64,000 nucleotides of DNA from positions 7,688,001-7,752,000 of the forward strand of contig OZ296657.1 in NCBI GenBank assembly GCA_965655095.1, in the 5' to 3' direction. Origin of the DNA: Haplodiscus bocki (lineage: Eukaryota). Within the stretch, counting starts at the first letter, position 1, and each line of letters begins with the position of its first letter. Of this stretch, positions 25,801 to 39,170 are shown one piece after another. Position numbers and translations under genes: made by a program. Below the pieces are notes generated by a model that ran no database searches, was not told the DNA's origin, and was given only the letters and a program-made list of their open reading frames with translations.

Positions 25801-28800
25801 GCATCTCGCATCTTAAGTATCAGCATTCACCGGTGGCAAATAGTGAGAGCATTTCTGGAGTTTTCTTCAGTAATATGAGCCATTTTAGCACTCGAAATGT
25901 TTAAATGATAACACTTCTTTTGGGAAACCCTACCATCACTGAACCATCCGGCTCGGCGTTTTTGGGGAAAACTTCACAATTTTTCCGGTATAGTCTCTCA
26001 AACACCCCTACTACCTTTAACTTTGTGGCAAAACTCCGTAAATTAATTTTTACCGACAAAGACCGCCGTTAACACATTTAGCGTTCAGGTTGAACGCCCT
26101 CAACGTTGTCTTACCAGAAAAAAAACACGCGCCTTCAAAGAGTCTAATTTTTTCATAACAACAAAAAACAAAAACTCTTGGTCAATCAAAAAATTATTCG
26201 ACAAAGGGTTGCGAAGCTTTCAGAGCATTATATCGTAGAAAGTGTTGTGAAACAGATCGGGCTTGGATCCTGGAATTGAACATGGTGGTAAGACAATTCC
26301 AATGTCAGTGATTATGTTATGAACAGTCATGAGTACAAAAACGTTGAAATTTTCAAGAACTTATTTTTTGGTTAAAGTCCTGCAAAACACCCGACAGTTT
26401 CAATCAAAAAACGTCCTTATAGTTTCTGATTGTTTTTTTTTATATTTCCAGTATACAAGTTTTTTTCTGTATTTGTTATGCTGTGAACTCTTATGTTCGT
26501 GTGAATCATTTTCCGATGCCAATAAATCGAAAGTGAAGTTTTTGCGTTTTTTTCGTTGCCTGAAATCTTCTAGTGATTTTCACATAAAAGCTATGTTCAT
26601 GGAAGTTTCTCCAATTTCTGTATTTTTTTCGGCAATGATGGCTCTTTGGTTTTGCACCTCCACGTGGTAACCCTGCCTGTGAAAATCACCAGAATACAAG
26701 GAGCCAACGATACAAATGCGGATCAAACAAAATCCTAAATTCTAAGTTTCAGTTTTGGAAAAATTCCAGAAGTTTTTATCTGAATGCTTTTTCAAAGTCT
26801 TCATCAGTTTAGTTCACCCTGGTAATGAGGTCCTTGTTATATTGTTATCTAATGTGACCTCGTTCTCATATGGTTTCTTTCCTTTAGCCAAATAGCCAAA
26901 TATAAAATTTTCGTTTTTTTTGTTGCCTGAAATATTCAAATGGGTATTAGATGAGATCCTTGTTTTTGTAACCCGTTTCATTTTTCTTTGCGAAAATTGT
27001 GCATGCACGTGGTAGCTATACAAGTGTCAGTGACCACGTCATGACCTATCAAGACTACAGAAAAATTCAACATGTAAAGACTTATTTCTCAGCTCGAGTC
27101 TGGCAAAATTTACGACAATTATATTCTTAACGTTTTCTTATAGATTTTTTTAGATTTGTTTCATTCTTGTTACAAAGTTACAAGGTCTTTGTTTTTTTTA
27201 CTCTTTAGGCCCCTGTGTTTTTGTGGGTTGTTTTCTGAAGCAAAGATTTTAAGTCTTCATTTTTTCGGTCTGGAATCTTCAAATGGTTTTTTAAAGAAGC
27301 CCATGTATATAGAAGGTGATTCACTATCGAAGGTGAAAAACCAGTAATAATGCAAAATAGGTGTTTGTTGGAGATACAACAAATTTGATGCATCAAGTCT
27401 GAAGTTTAAAGTTCGTAGCTGCACATATTCACGCGTTGCCAACGGATTACATATACACTTTAATGTTTTGACTTTTCAAAATTTGGGGGGAGAATGTCTC
27501 TGAATGTACAGATTTTGAAAAACAATAAATAGACCTATAGGAAACAGTTTTTAGGAACGGAAACTCTGTCCAGTTTTTGAACGGAGTGGCTAGTTATTTC
27601 TATGTGGTATTTTTCAAATTGATCGAGTTTTTTTTACTTTTTCATGGCCTTACACTATCTCCAGTGAATTTTTCTATACTCATTAGGAAAAGCGCTCCAT
27701 AGATTACTCATACGTTCATACGTTTCAACAAACCATTTCTTATTGGGGCCATTTTTCAGGTCCAGTAGCATACAAAGACACACATTGCAGCCCCTGGGTT
27801 CTTAATTTTTTTTCTGGCGCTGTAAATTATCCCACAAAGTCCGCCCTACAAACTTCTTTAGCCAACGATTTTCGTTCATTGGAATTTTAACGGAATAAAG
27901 TAAAGCAAGGTCACAAAGCATCCCCCTCACAGAAAGGTCGAGCTAAAGCCCAGGTTGACTTCTCAGGAATATTCAACGCAGAAAAACTCTGTTCGGAACG
28001 TTTCAATGATAATGAAGGCTATTTCAGTTAATGTAAATAACCTGGAAAACTCTGAAAAAGTGTTGATTTAGCGTTGATTTTTTATGAATTCAGAATCACA
28101 TTTTTTGTTACTTTTTCATAATAAAAATTCGGCTGTTCAATCTTCCTACGGATGCTACAAATTTCTTCTTTCAGCTGAAGTTACCGATATCAAAGCTTAA
28201 ATAATCTAACTTTATGTGCTTTATATTTTTTTGCAGCCATTTTTTTTGTAAATCGCAAGTAGTGAACTTATTTAGGTGAACTCCTGCGGAAAATTAGCGT
28301 TTTTGAAGCCCAAATTCTCGAAAATTTTAATGTTTAGAAAAAAAGGTGGAGGAGCAATTTTTTCTAGTTTTAGTGGTAAGATTACATAATTTTCTATTTG
28401 ATGAAAGTCAGACAGAGGTTCAAAAAGTTTGATACCCATTTTTGAATCATTTTCCACCTTTGAATTCAGTTTTCTACTTTTTTGGTGCCTGAATCACAAA
28501 GAGGAAAACTTTTTCGTTCCAGCAATACACGATTCTCAGGTACCGAAAATGCCACTCACATGTAGTAACACAGAATATAGCGACTCCCTATCGCTTCATA
28601 GGCGTAAAATTTTTACGTATATTTTACCTAAAAACCTAAAACTTTGCCGAAAATGAGCAGTGACAAGATGGTCATAACTTTTCACCGATTGGTCCATTTT
28701 TTTTAAAAAAAACAAGAGCGCAGTCGGATTGCGATAATTTCCGTCAAAAGGTTGTTGAAATGAAAGATCGAGCATAAAGGAAGTGGTTTCCGATTGAGAC

Positions 28801-30819
28801 CTTGTCGGAAGAATTCAAGCCTGGTTTTCTTGTTTGATTTTTTACTTGTATACTCTTATAACACTCAGTGCGCGATAAAAGTTTAATGCACTTGCGCAGG
28901 CAGTGTTATATCCCAGATGAGCTTTAGAAAAAGTTGAGTTTGAGTAAAGACAAAATAACAAAACCAGTAGAATTTTTTGGAACTTTAGGCTTATCGTGAT
29001 ATTTCTGTTGTACGTGCCAGAACGACAAAATTTCTATCGGAAAAAAAGTTTTAGACATAACTTGTTATCCATGATTACCTTGATGGAATTGTAAGGAGTG
29101 AAGTTAAGAGTTATAGAGAATGAGGATTTCAATGAAGGCATCTCTGATAATTATCAATTTTTAGCATTTTTGGACTGTCATCAGGATTCCGACGCAATGA
29201 TCAATATTCATTACTTTCTTACCGAGTAGTCCCCCTTAAGTGAAGAGGTACTGCTTGAGCTTTTGTTGGAAGATTCCAACTTTGCCATTAAGGAGAAAAA
29301 TTATTTTTAAAACTTAGATGTAACTTTTGATAACTTTTTTAGCATTTTGCGCCGGTCACAAATTCGAAGCAAAGATGAAACATGCTCAATGAAAAGTCGG
29401 TGCTAAGCTTACGGTAGGAGCTTCCAAAAACCAGAAAAAAATGCTATCACTTTTTGAAGGAAAATTTGGTTTCTCACGGAATTGACATGAATGTACACTT
29501 TTGAAAACTAAATTTGATTCCTTTTTAATCATTCTGGTTGAAAGCCAACCATCAAAATACCTGATTGCAATTGAAAACAAATGTATGATTCACTGGAACA
29601 TAACGAGCATATGTCTTATTGCAATGCCAAATCGGCTTTGTTTTCGCCAATTCCTTTCAGGAAAAAAGACTAAACATTCACAAAACATTAAAACGGCCAA
29701 TTATTTCAGGATCTGGAAGTTTGCTTCCATAAGTTCGTATTGGAAAAAACTTGAACCCAGAAAGGAACGCAAACAGTGGAGCCTCCTTATTACAACAGAT
29801 GAAAACATTGGTAGTTTTCAGACGTAAACGCCCCAAAATAAAGGGTTCTGACGAAATATTCAAAACATCAAAAAAGATTGATTATCTTGTTCTGTCGCCA
29901 AAAAACATAACCAAAGAAACCTGACAAAAACCAGACGCTAATAGTTACAAAATTACGCCAGGAGGAAGTCTGGGTCAATTTCAGACCTTTCTTTTTTGAG
30001 GTTTGTCGAAAATGCTCAAAACAGCTGACAGCTCAGTTTTAAAACTTCTCTGGCAAAGAAAACTATTTGGGGGGCTCTGTTTTCTTTGATTGCAGTCAAA
30101 CCGTACAATGGAAAAAAATAGCGTCTTCAATTGGCTTTTATAAGCAAATTCTTTGTTTGTGAGTTTTTTCTAAAATAAATAGGACTTCAAAATGACAAAA
30201 ATGATACAAAAATGTTCGTTTTTCATTTTTTTCACAAAAAGACAAATTTTGACACCGAAAAAAAACTTACTACCTCATAAATGGGAGTCACTCACTGGAG
30301 CTATGAAAAATCGAAAGTTTAAGTGCCAAGAAAAAAATTTTTGATTTGACAAACTGTTTTGGAAGACACAAATGAGCTCTTTTTTCATTACCTTACACAG
30401 AAAAGTCCAACAATACTTTCCTCCCAGCAGCCAAAATGAGAATGATATATGTGGCTCTTTCTCACGCCATGGCAAAGGAAGAGTTTTTCATGGTTTTGTT
30501 TATTTACAGGGCAATGAAAAATGACGGGAAGTATTGAAACAAAACTCGATTCACAAGATCAAATCGCAGAAAAACTACGGGAAAAGCCTATCTGATGAAG
30601 TTGAGGTTCTATATCTTGTTTTTTCAATGACAATTTGAAATGGAGAGATAATTCCCAAAAACGAATTGACAAACCCAAAAATCTTCGAAAAACCCTTTAA
30701 AAACTGCATTATTAATGATTTTTTTCCCAAAAAACGGATCGAAGAAACGTCGCACCGCAACTACAATACACTTTTGTGAATCAAAAAAATCATGTCCCAA
30801 ATCCTGCGTGAAAATTGAC

Positions 30820-32600
30820 GTACTTTAGAGCCCTACATGTGGAAACAAAGGACTTAATAAATGTCAATGAGTATCAACGGATTCGAGATCGGTTCGATTT
30901 TCGAAAACATTTTTGGAAAAAAAAACAATCAAAAATTAAATGGAAGGCATCCAACACAAGTTGTGTGGTAACGGAAGCTATCCACAGTAAGCCTGTAAAG
31001 TTCAACGCCGGTTGGAGTCCTACATGTGGAAACAAATGTTAATTTATAGGTCAGATTGCAATTTCGAGTTGAAAAATTTACCTCGATTTTCTAGAGCCTT
31101 TGGAGGAAAGACATTAAAAAAATGTTAGACCACCTCTAAAAATTAGTGTGTGATGGAACAAAGTCGCCTTGTTAGGCCTGTGTAAAGTTTATTTAGCTGG
31201 GCTATAAACGACCATACTGTGAAAAGTTTACTCAATTTGGTCAAAAATTAGCTTGGCTTTTAGTTTTATCGCGAACAAAACCATCAAAAAAGTGTTGGAC
31301 CCCAACGAAAATTTAGTGTATGGTGAAACTCAATTAGCTTGCATAAAATTAAAGCAAATTCCTGCCCTGCATGCACAAATAAACGTTCTATGACATGACA
31401 ACTTTGGTCAAATTGGCCAAAAAAAACTTGGTCTCCAAGATGCTGTCGCGAACAAAACTGTCGAAAAAATGTTGACCTCAACCAAAACTTAGTAAATTAA
31501 AAAACGAAGTCTGGGCAACATTTAGGCTTTTTGGAGCCCAACATGAGGGAACAAACGACTTATATTATGACAATAAACGTAACGAACTTGACACCTGAAT
31601 TTTGATTCGCGGTATACAAGATTGTGTTATTACAGCTTGTGCCAATTTTGGGCATATGGAGCCCTAAATCCGGAAAAAACGACCGATAATATGGCAACCT
31701 TGAAAAAGCCAAAATTCACTCAGTTCTTCAGTTTATATCGCAAACAAAACAATCAAAAAAAAATATTGGAATGCAACTGAAAGTCACTGTATGATAGAAC
31801 GGAGTCACTTCGGACCCATACATGCGGAACTAAACGATCTATATTTCCACAAATTTGGTAAAAATGAATAAAATTGACTTTTTATTCAAGTTTCTTTTTC
31901 AGGAAAAAAATCGAAAGTAACATCAGACCATAATCAGGAATCAGTCTGCGATTGAACAGAATCTCCTCGTTGAACCTGTGCAAAATCGAAGCTATTTGGA
32001 CCCTATATGTTGAAGTAAATTACCTATAATAAGACATCATAGACCAAATTTGCCAAGTTCTGCCAGTTTCTCCGGTTTTTCTCGCAAAAAAACTGTCAAA
32101 AACTACCGGACTGCATCCAAAAAAAAACTGAGACACAAATTTTCGACAGGGTTTTCAAAACTGCATTCTACGTCTGCGCAGGAACGATTTGAGGGGAAAA
32201 AATTTTTCCGGAAAAAAAACTTTTGAATTGATCAATTTCCTAAGACATTTAGCAATAAAGCTTGAAACTTCATTGGAAAATTTTTCGATAGTTTTCATTT
32301 TTTTCATTATTGTGTTTTGGTAGGTTCTTTCAGCTTTTACAAAGTGCATGCAATTTGAAGCCCCACATGAGGAAACAATTGACCTATATTTTGACAAAAT
32401 TCGTTAGAAAGTTAGTTGACTTTTCAAGTTTCTTTAAGAATGTCGGGAAAATGTCGCACCAGAACCGGAATTTATTGTGCAATAGAAAAAAATTCTTTTT
32501 CAGCTCGTGCAAAATTCAGTGGTTTGGAGCCCCACTTGCGAAATTTAAAAATAAAAATTTGACATCTTTGGTCCATTCTGCCGAAATTTGTTCGGTTTTC
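30820..32600 (+). repeat. Degenerate satellite-like array, ~130-185-bp period
   Basis: Core GGAGCCCTACATGTGGAAACAAACGAC-ATA recurs near 30828, 31015, 31362, 31533, 31658, 31811, 31998, 32358 and 32526. Confidence 0.7.
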
Positions 32601-33430
32601 AAAACTCTATTGCAAAAAAAGAAATTTTTATTGAACCTCAATCAAAATTATTGCACTTTTGTAGAGAAAATGTCGGTAGTGTTTTCAAAGCTGCATTTGA
32701 CCTGTCTTTTGAAACATTTTGGTAATAACAATTTTTTGAACGGGAATTAATTTTTTGTGAAATTAAGCAAAAGGATTGTCAGATATTGAGCAAAAAATTT
32801 TCGGCAGGCTTATCAAAAGTGCATTCTACGTGTCCAGAGGAACATTTTGAGGGAAAGTATATTTTATTGAAAAACCTATACATTTATATTTTATTTTGAA
32901 CGTTGAGTTAAAAATTTTTGGAGTTTAAGCTAAGTTTTTTTGGTTGGGCCGTCAAAACTGCATTTTAAGAATCCATTGTAATATTTTGGGCCTTCTAAAA
33001 GACGTGAACATGTTCACTCCGATTTTTCAAAAACCGGAGAAAAAAATCAACTTAACTGACGGAATGATTTTCCTTCCGTAATACGTTACGAGGGAAAATA
33101 AAAGAGATTAATATTTTTTCCTGAAAAATCTTTCTTGCTGTTTTCTCACAGAACTGTTGTGCCTTAAGAAATTAGCCTAATTTTTTTATTCAGAAGCTCA
33201 TTTAGTTAAACTCCGTACTTCAGTTTGCTTACTAAAACAAAAACTGTTTTTATTTTTAGGCCTATAGCCGAAAAAATGGACATAATTGGCAAAGGTCTGA
33301 GTTTTAATTTTTTTAATTTCCCCATGATGTATTGTTTCTACTCGCGTAGTTGAAAGGTTAATAAACAAGATCCGAATTTTTAAACTATCCAGGTGGCTTG
33401 AGTGATTTTAAAGAGTCCTTTTTTTCTCAC

Positions 33431-33666
33431 CTGGCTTTTTTGGAAGCATTGCAAATGTTTTGGTTAGCATTTAAATTGAAGCTAGAAGGTTGTCTTCGTT
33501 TTTTGAACATGATGTCAACTTCCGTCTGGTGAGCTGGAGATATTCGCCAGGCAGAATTACCACTTGCTATCTCCTCATGCACATTGGAAGCCAGAGTATG
33601 GATATGGTTGATTGGAGACAATTTTTGGAAGCATTTGTTGGTTGTCAGCGCATGGTACACGTTGTT
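33431..33666 (-). CDS. foxJ1: FoxJ1-like exon 3: forkhead helix 3, wings and basic tail
   Basis: Acceptor gtttttcag|AAC AAC GTG. Reads NNVYHALTTNKCF...WRISP...MFKKRR (FoxJ1: NSIRHNLSLNKCF...WRIDP...AFKKRR). Donor CAG|gtgaga, phase 2. Confidence 0.9.
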
Positions 33667-34487
33667 CTGAAAAACATGGGGATTTCTGATTACAGGTACA
33701 CCTAATACCCCCTCTTTCCACTGATTACAAAAAAACTGAAGTTTGTTTTCGCAATGTTATTTACTAAAAACATGATTTTGGAGAAGTCATTTTATGCGGG
33801 ACGATAACTTAATGTGTTCTTCATAAAGAGGTGTAACAGAAAAGATACAAAAAGTAAATCAATAAAAAAATGGAATTGCGAACAAGTACTCATTATTTGA
33901 TAGCATGCAAAATCGATTGTCAATAAAATTGGTAAGAAAACTGATTTAACTCAATAAAACTTAGACTTTCGAGAACAACAATTCCTCGAACCAGAGGACA
34001 TTTTTTCAGAAAGTTTTCGAACCTATTAACCCTATTCTTAGGGATTATTTCTAAAATCTCGGCGCCCATTTTTGATTTCTGCAATGAGTTCAGTGACACT
34101 TCTCTGTTTTGGGCACCATAAATAGCATATTTTAAAAAAAATGCATATGCAAAAAAGCACATGCATAAACATTGAATCAAAATTTTATACGTTTTAAGGG
34201 ATCAGAAAGCGAAGGTCATGGCAAGCGCCATTGATTCGCATAAAAATATATCCTATGTGAATTTCACAATGGAGCCGTTACACGATAAATTAATCTTCGC
34301 GATGTTTTACTGCTTAAGCGTAGATTCTCAAAATATAGTGATATTGATAACCAATATTTATTGATTTCTCTGGGGTAATTTGTTTCAATTTGGTTGCGCA
34401 AGAAAAATAGTAATAGAGCTTTTCTTTAGCCTGAAATGTGCACATCGAAAAAAATTTATTAGTAATTACCAAGTTATGGTATCTTAC

Positions 34488-34801
34488 CTGCCAAGCCGGA
34501 TCTGAGTGTTTATAATAGGAGAAGTTATCAGCAATCCAGTTCAAAAGTTGCGTTAAGGCGATTTTCCCATCGATCGCCGATCCTTTCGCCTTCATGGCCA
34601 TGCAAATTAAGGTGGAGTAACTAAATGGGGGTTTTATTAGGTGATTGTACTTGTACTTTGACACGTCGGGGTCATCCAACAGCTGGGCGGCGTCTGACCC
34701 CTTGGCATTTGTGCTCAATTGGGGGGAGAAGCCTTGCATGGAAGACTGAGCCAAAGGATGGGAACCGAATTGGTTCATAGGGAAGGGTACGAAGTCGGCA
34801 C
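34488..34801 (-). CDS. foxJ1: FoxJ1-like exon 2: forkhead helices 1-2
   Basis: KYKYNHLIKPPFSYSTLICMAM...WIADNFSYYKHSDPAWQ matches FoxJ1 KPPYSYATLICMAM...WITDNFCYFRHADPTWQ. Acceptor aatttccag| (phase 1); donor CAG|gtaaga after WQ. Confidence 0.93.
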
Positions 34802-35608
34802 CTGGAAATTGACTAGATATACAAGATGCCCGGCAAACTCCGAGATATTTTTCCCTCACAATTTAGGGAAAAAACGTTGAAAAATTGTAATACAAACCAC
34901 AAATATCAGAAAATGTTAAAAAAATGCCTTCATTTTCGAAAAAAATATTAGTCCATATTAGGCTTTATTAATTGCATTTTACGGCAAATTTGGCGAAAAA
35001 AATTTGTTGCGTGGACTTTTGATTATCGTGCAATTGGCAGATTTCATGCAGAAGATATTTTTGGAGCAAAAACATTTTTCCAAATATTTCATCAAAAAAG
35101 CCAAAAAATGTCCGAGAAGTTTCGAAAAACTTTTTCTTATATTCTTTCATTTGTTGACAATGGTTTTTTAACACTTCAAAACTACGAACAATTGATCGGA
35201 ACACTGATGAAACATTTTCAGATACAGTGAAAACCTCGAGATGGAAGTTTTCGTTCGGAGAAGAAACTTTTAACAAATGGAAGGCCATAACTTTTTTAAT
35301 TGTTCGAAAAACTTTCATCATCTTTGAGATTTCTTGGTTTTGGAAAAAAATGGAAATGCAGTTTAAAAGAGTTAGTTCGCAGAATTTGCAGGGCAATTTT
35401 AGGAAATGGGCTTTTTGGGACAGGGGTCTTCTTGTTTACCCTCGACATTAAAATTAAATATTGCACAAATAAAAAAAATCAAATCCTTGCTTAAATCTCA
35501 ATTTCATCTTGATTGCTCTAGAATATGGATTTTAATTCCTTTCTGTTGGATGTTGCTATTCAATTTTTTTTGCTTTGGGTAGATTAAAAGAAGGGGTCAA
35601 TATCTGAC

Positions 35609-36314
35609 CTTGTTCAGCTGTAGACGCACTCCTAGATAACACAGCTGGAACAAAACTTCCCTGGTTTGATCCGTTTCGCCCAACCAACCCTATTGTCCGG
35701 CCGGCGCCCGCCAAACCAGAAGTCAACCCCAAATTATTCCCATTAACAATCGTGGTTGCATTCGGCTCCCGCTTCACCGCAGGTATAGTTGTGATTGAAA
35801 TCTTTTTCGACAGCTGCTTCCCATTTTTCCCAACTCCTTGTCCCCCATTTTCTTGACCTTTCCCACCCCCAACTTTCACGGTTTTGGCGGAGTTTGTACC
35901 CGCTGGTTGAGGCGTTGCTGAAATTATAATAGTTGAACTTTTGGGCTTATTTGGTAACGCCCTAGTAGCGGATTTTGCGATTGGTTTGTTAATAATTGTT
36001 GTGTTTTTTGACCCGTCAGGGATCTGTTGGTTGACCTTTTGGTTGACCTCTGCTAGCTTCGATTCTTGGTTTTGTCCTTGGTTTGATTCAAACTGGATAC
36101 TGCCTTGCATGTTATGCAACCAATTCAACGAAGTTAGTGAATCGTCTAGCTCATCTTCTGGTTGGTCCTCGAAGGTCTCATTCTGAGCGCTCGCTCTCCA
36201 AGTTGCAGTGGGTGACTTCTCGCCGAACAATTGCGTTTCATTTGGTAGATTCTCTTCTTTGATTTGATTGGCTGCTGAGTCGAAAGTTTTGTTTCCGTGA
36301 ATTAGCATTTTCAT
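35609..36314 (-). CDS. foxJ1: FoxJ1-like exon 1
   Basis: 252-aa ORF containing ELDDSLTSLNWL, the N-terminal motif of FoxJ1 (LDDSLTSLQWL). Phase-1 donor CAAG|gtcaga fits exon 2; the exact donor is less certain. Confidence 0.85.
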
Positions 36315-38951
36315 CCACTATTTTGGTTGATTTATTGGTAAGATAAATCGGTTAATATGTTCGTTGATTATTTTACTAATTAATAAACCAATGTAGTTTA
36401 AAAACTAGTTAAAAAGTGGACCAGAATAAGAAACAGAATAGATAAGATCGAGCTGCGACAACCACCAACCAAAAACAATTGAAGGTTTATGAGCTATTCG
36501 AAGTTCATTGAATGAACCATTCAAAAATCCTTCAAATTCGAAACATTCGATGCATTTCTTCTTTTTGGCAAGCTTGAATTACTTTATTCTCTTTTATCAT
36601 GTCTATGTTATGATATCAATTATTAAACATGGTATAATATAAACCAATTTACTAATGATTTTCAAGCCGATGCGCTTTTACAAAATTAATAGCTGGTAAT
36701 CCAAAATGCGAAACTCTGGTTAACTCTGATTATTATTATGAGTCGAATGAGCGCATTCGTAACTATGTAAATGTTCAAAAGGTAAAGCAAATTAAAACAT
36801 GGTAAAACATTAAAATTTTTTCGCTTGCCTTAGAATTGAAATTAAAAGTAAACTGTTTATTCAATAACAAAAAAAAACAATTTGATTTTTCAACCTACCA
36901 AATCTAAACGAAATCTAAACTCTAAATTAACTTTGCAGAAAGAAATATCGAACGAGTAAATCAAAAGTTTTGAATAATTAGATTAAGTGAGGAAATATAA
37001 ATTTACAATAAATGTTTGGAAAAAAGGAAAAATATATAAATTAAAGGCATTTCTCAACAGACGCAAAATAATAAATCAGCGAGTTTATTAATAGAAATGG
37101 TTTAATGATGGTAAAGCTTCAGTAAAAAATCAGCGCTCCAAAAAAGAACGAGAGCTCAATAAAAAAATGAACGCTTCTAGGAAGGTATGAACATTTGTGC
37201 AGGTGTAGAGTTATCCACATTTATCCACTTTTATCCACATTTGTCGTTTTCCATTGCAGTGAAACCAGATTCAAGGTGGATTCCAGTAAAGCGTGTCACG
37301 CAGCTAAGCAAGCTTGAGAAAGAATACGAAAAAAAAATGAACGAATGCTGGCGCATTGGTGCGCGTTTCTAATTCTTACCGTACCTGTTTTAAAATGGCC
37401 TTAAGCGTCGAAAAAAAACAATTGTCGATCAAAAAAGCAAAGAAAAAAACGAGAAATGCTTCTTCTATTCTGATAAATGAAGCTGTTCATAATTGATGGT
37501 TGGATTAATATTTGACCAATTTGTTCGTGCTCTTTGACGGCAAAAGTCTGAAAAATTTGGAAGAGACTTCACACGGAAACAAATTGAATCTATTCCAGTA
37601 GAAATCAGTTCAAAGCTTGACAAACAGGAACAAAATTTATGATACGATTGAGCCCGTGGAGTCCTTTCGATCTCTATTTTGAACAACTAATCCATTCGTT
37701 CATTTTTCGATTCCCAAAAATCAAATGTTTTTCTTCTTACTGCAGTCCGCTTTCAGTTTTGAAAACTGAATTGTAGCCGTTTGCAAAGATACAATGAGTA
37801 AAAAGGGGGTTGATTTTGTGGAACTCAAGAAAATTCGTCAAAAGGTACATGTTTAGTTTGCTTGGGAATTGCCTTCAAGTTTCCTTCGAATTAAATTTCA
37901 AGTTCCTTTTAAAATGAATTTCTACTTGCAATAAAACAGACGAAGAAATGGATCGAAGATGATGTTTCGTATATGAAAATAGTCAAAATTTGTATCATTT
38001 TCAATGTGAAAGTGTCATTCTTGTTGAATTTTTGGCTCAAACCTCAAACTTTACCGGAAGATCGTGGAAGAAAAGTGTGACACCTTTTTCCTAAGATGAT
38101 CAAGCAAAGTGTGAAGTTTGAGCCAAAAATATATTTGTATATAAACAATTTATGCACGTTGGAGTCGGTGAGAAATTTGGAGATTATCAGCTGTGAATTT
38201 GAAATAATCAGAAGTGATTCAGCGCAGTAAACTGCCCGAAAACATCTGCTGTGCGCAGATTCAGCTTTACCATCTCTGAAAAACAATCTTTGAAGGAGAA
38301 ATCAATCTTTAACGTACCGCGTTGTGATTTCCATAGGATATGAGTTTTTTCCACAGCTGTAACCTGGAATAAGAAAAAGACCAGTTCCCGTACTGAGACT
38401 TCAGTGCAGTTCACCGATGGTCCACCGAAGGTTATGAAAATATTTCGGGAAAATGTTCAAGTTGAAATTTGGCATGTTCAGGCAAAGCATATCTCAAATG
38501 AATATATATTTTTTTGCTGAAAACGGCGATTATGCTGTCAAAATGACAAAAAAAATCTTTCCGTTGCTGATTGTTTTAGATCCTTCATGTCCAATCAAGC
38601 TTTAGATAACCTCATTTTAGTTAGAAAGTTTCAAAAATGAGGAGAATTTTCCTTTCCCGCACATTGTCAATAATCTATTCAATTGGCTCAAATATTCAGT
38701 GGATAAAAAAGCATTTTTGGCATTATTCTCAATATTTCCAATGTTTTTCCCTAAAATTGGAAGATATTGAGAATAATGCCAAAAATATACCATTATGAAA
38801 AGTAACGCGTTGGGAAAAGAAAAACGAGCCCAAAACACTGTGAAATTACGCTATTTGGAGGGTTGAAATTGATAATTTATAGGTATTGAAAGTTCGACAA
38901 AAATTTATTATACAAAAGTAGATAACTTTCTGCAATAGTTTTTGAGCGATA

Positions 38952-39170
38952 CATTGTAAAACTGACGCGTGCAAAATTGCTTGTCACTGTAGGTAACTTT
39001 ACCTGCGGACCGCATGTAAAAAGGTCTTACACGCAATTTACATGCGTTACCTGCAATTTACGTGTAAAAACTGGTAAGCTTAACCGCGTCTACGCGGCAA
39101 GCACCTGACGCAGAATACACGCGAATTTTTCTCAGCTACATGCATTTTTACTTGAAGATAGCGGGTATTC
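38952..39170 (+). mobile_element. Left-end fragment of the CACTGTAAAA family
   Basis: CATTGTAAAACTGACGCGTGCAAAATTGC followed by the family arm sequence, then truncated. Confidence 0.8.

Larger units (their letters stand above)
10762..33430 (-). other. Predicted 22,669-nt intron 3 of the FoxJ1-like gene
   Basis: GT at 33430-33429 (AG|gtgaga) and AG at 10763-10762, compatible phases. No convincing intervening exon was found, but small ones could be missed. Confidence 0.6.

Noticed and set aside
20800-26150. Coding-like stretches in intron 3 as extra exons or retroelement genes
   Set aside because: All frames are interrupted and no motif was recognisable; probably old transposon debris.
30820-32600. 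CRISPR-like repeat-spacer array, also 15740-16360
   Set aside because: Repeats are degenerate, spacers are long and related to each other, there are no cas genes, and the host is eukaryotic.
34968-35396. 142-aa ORF between FoxJ exons 1 and 2
   Set aside because: F/K-rich composition typical of AT-rich repeat DNA; exons 1 and 2 join in frame without it.
37211-37240. Three tandem TTATCCACA-like DnaA boxes
   Set aside because: The context is a spliced eukaryotic locus with no bacterial genes; a 10-bp micro-tandem explains it.
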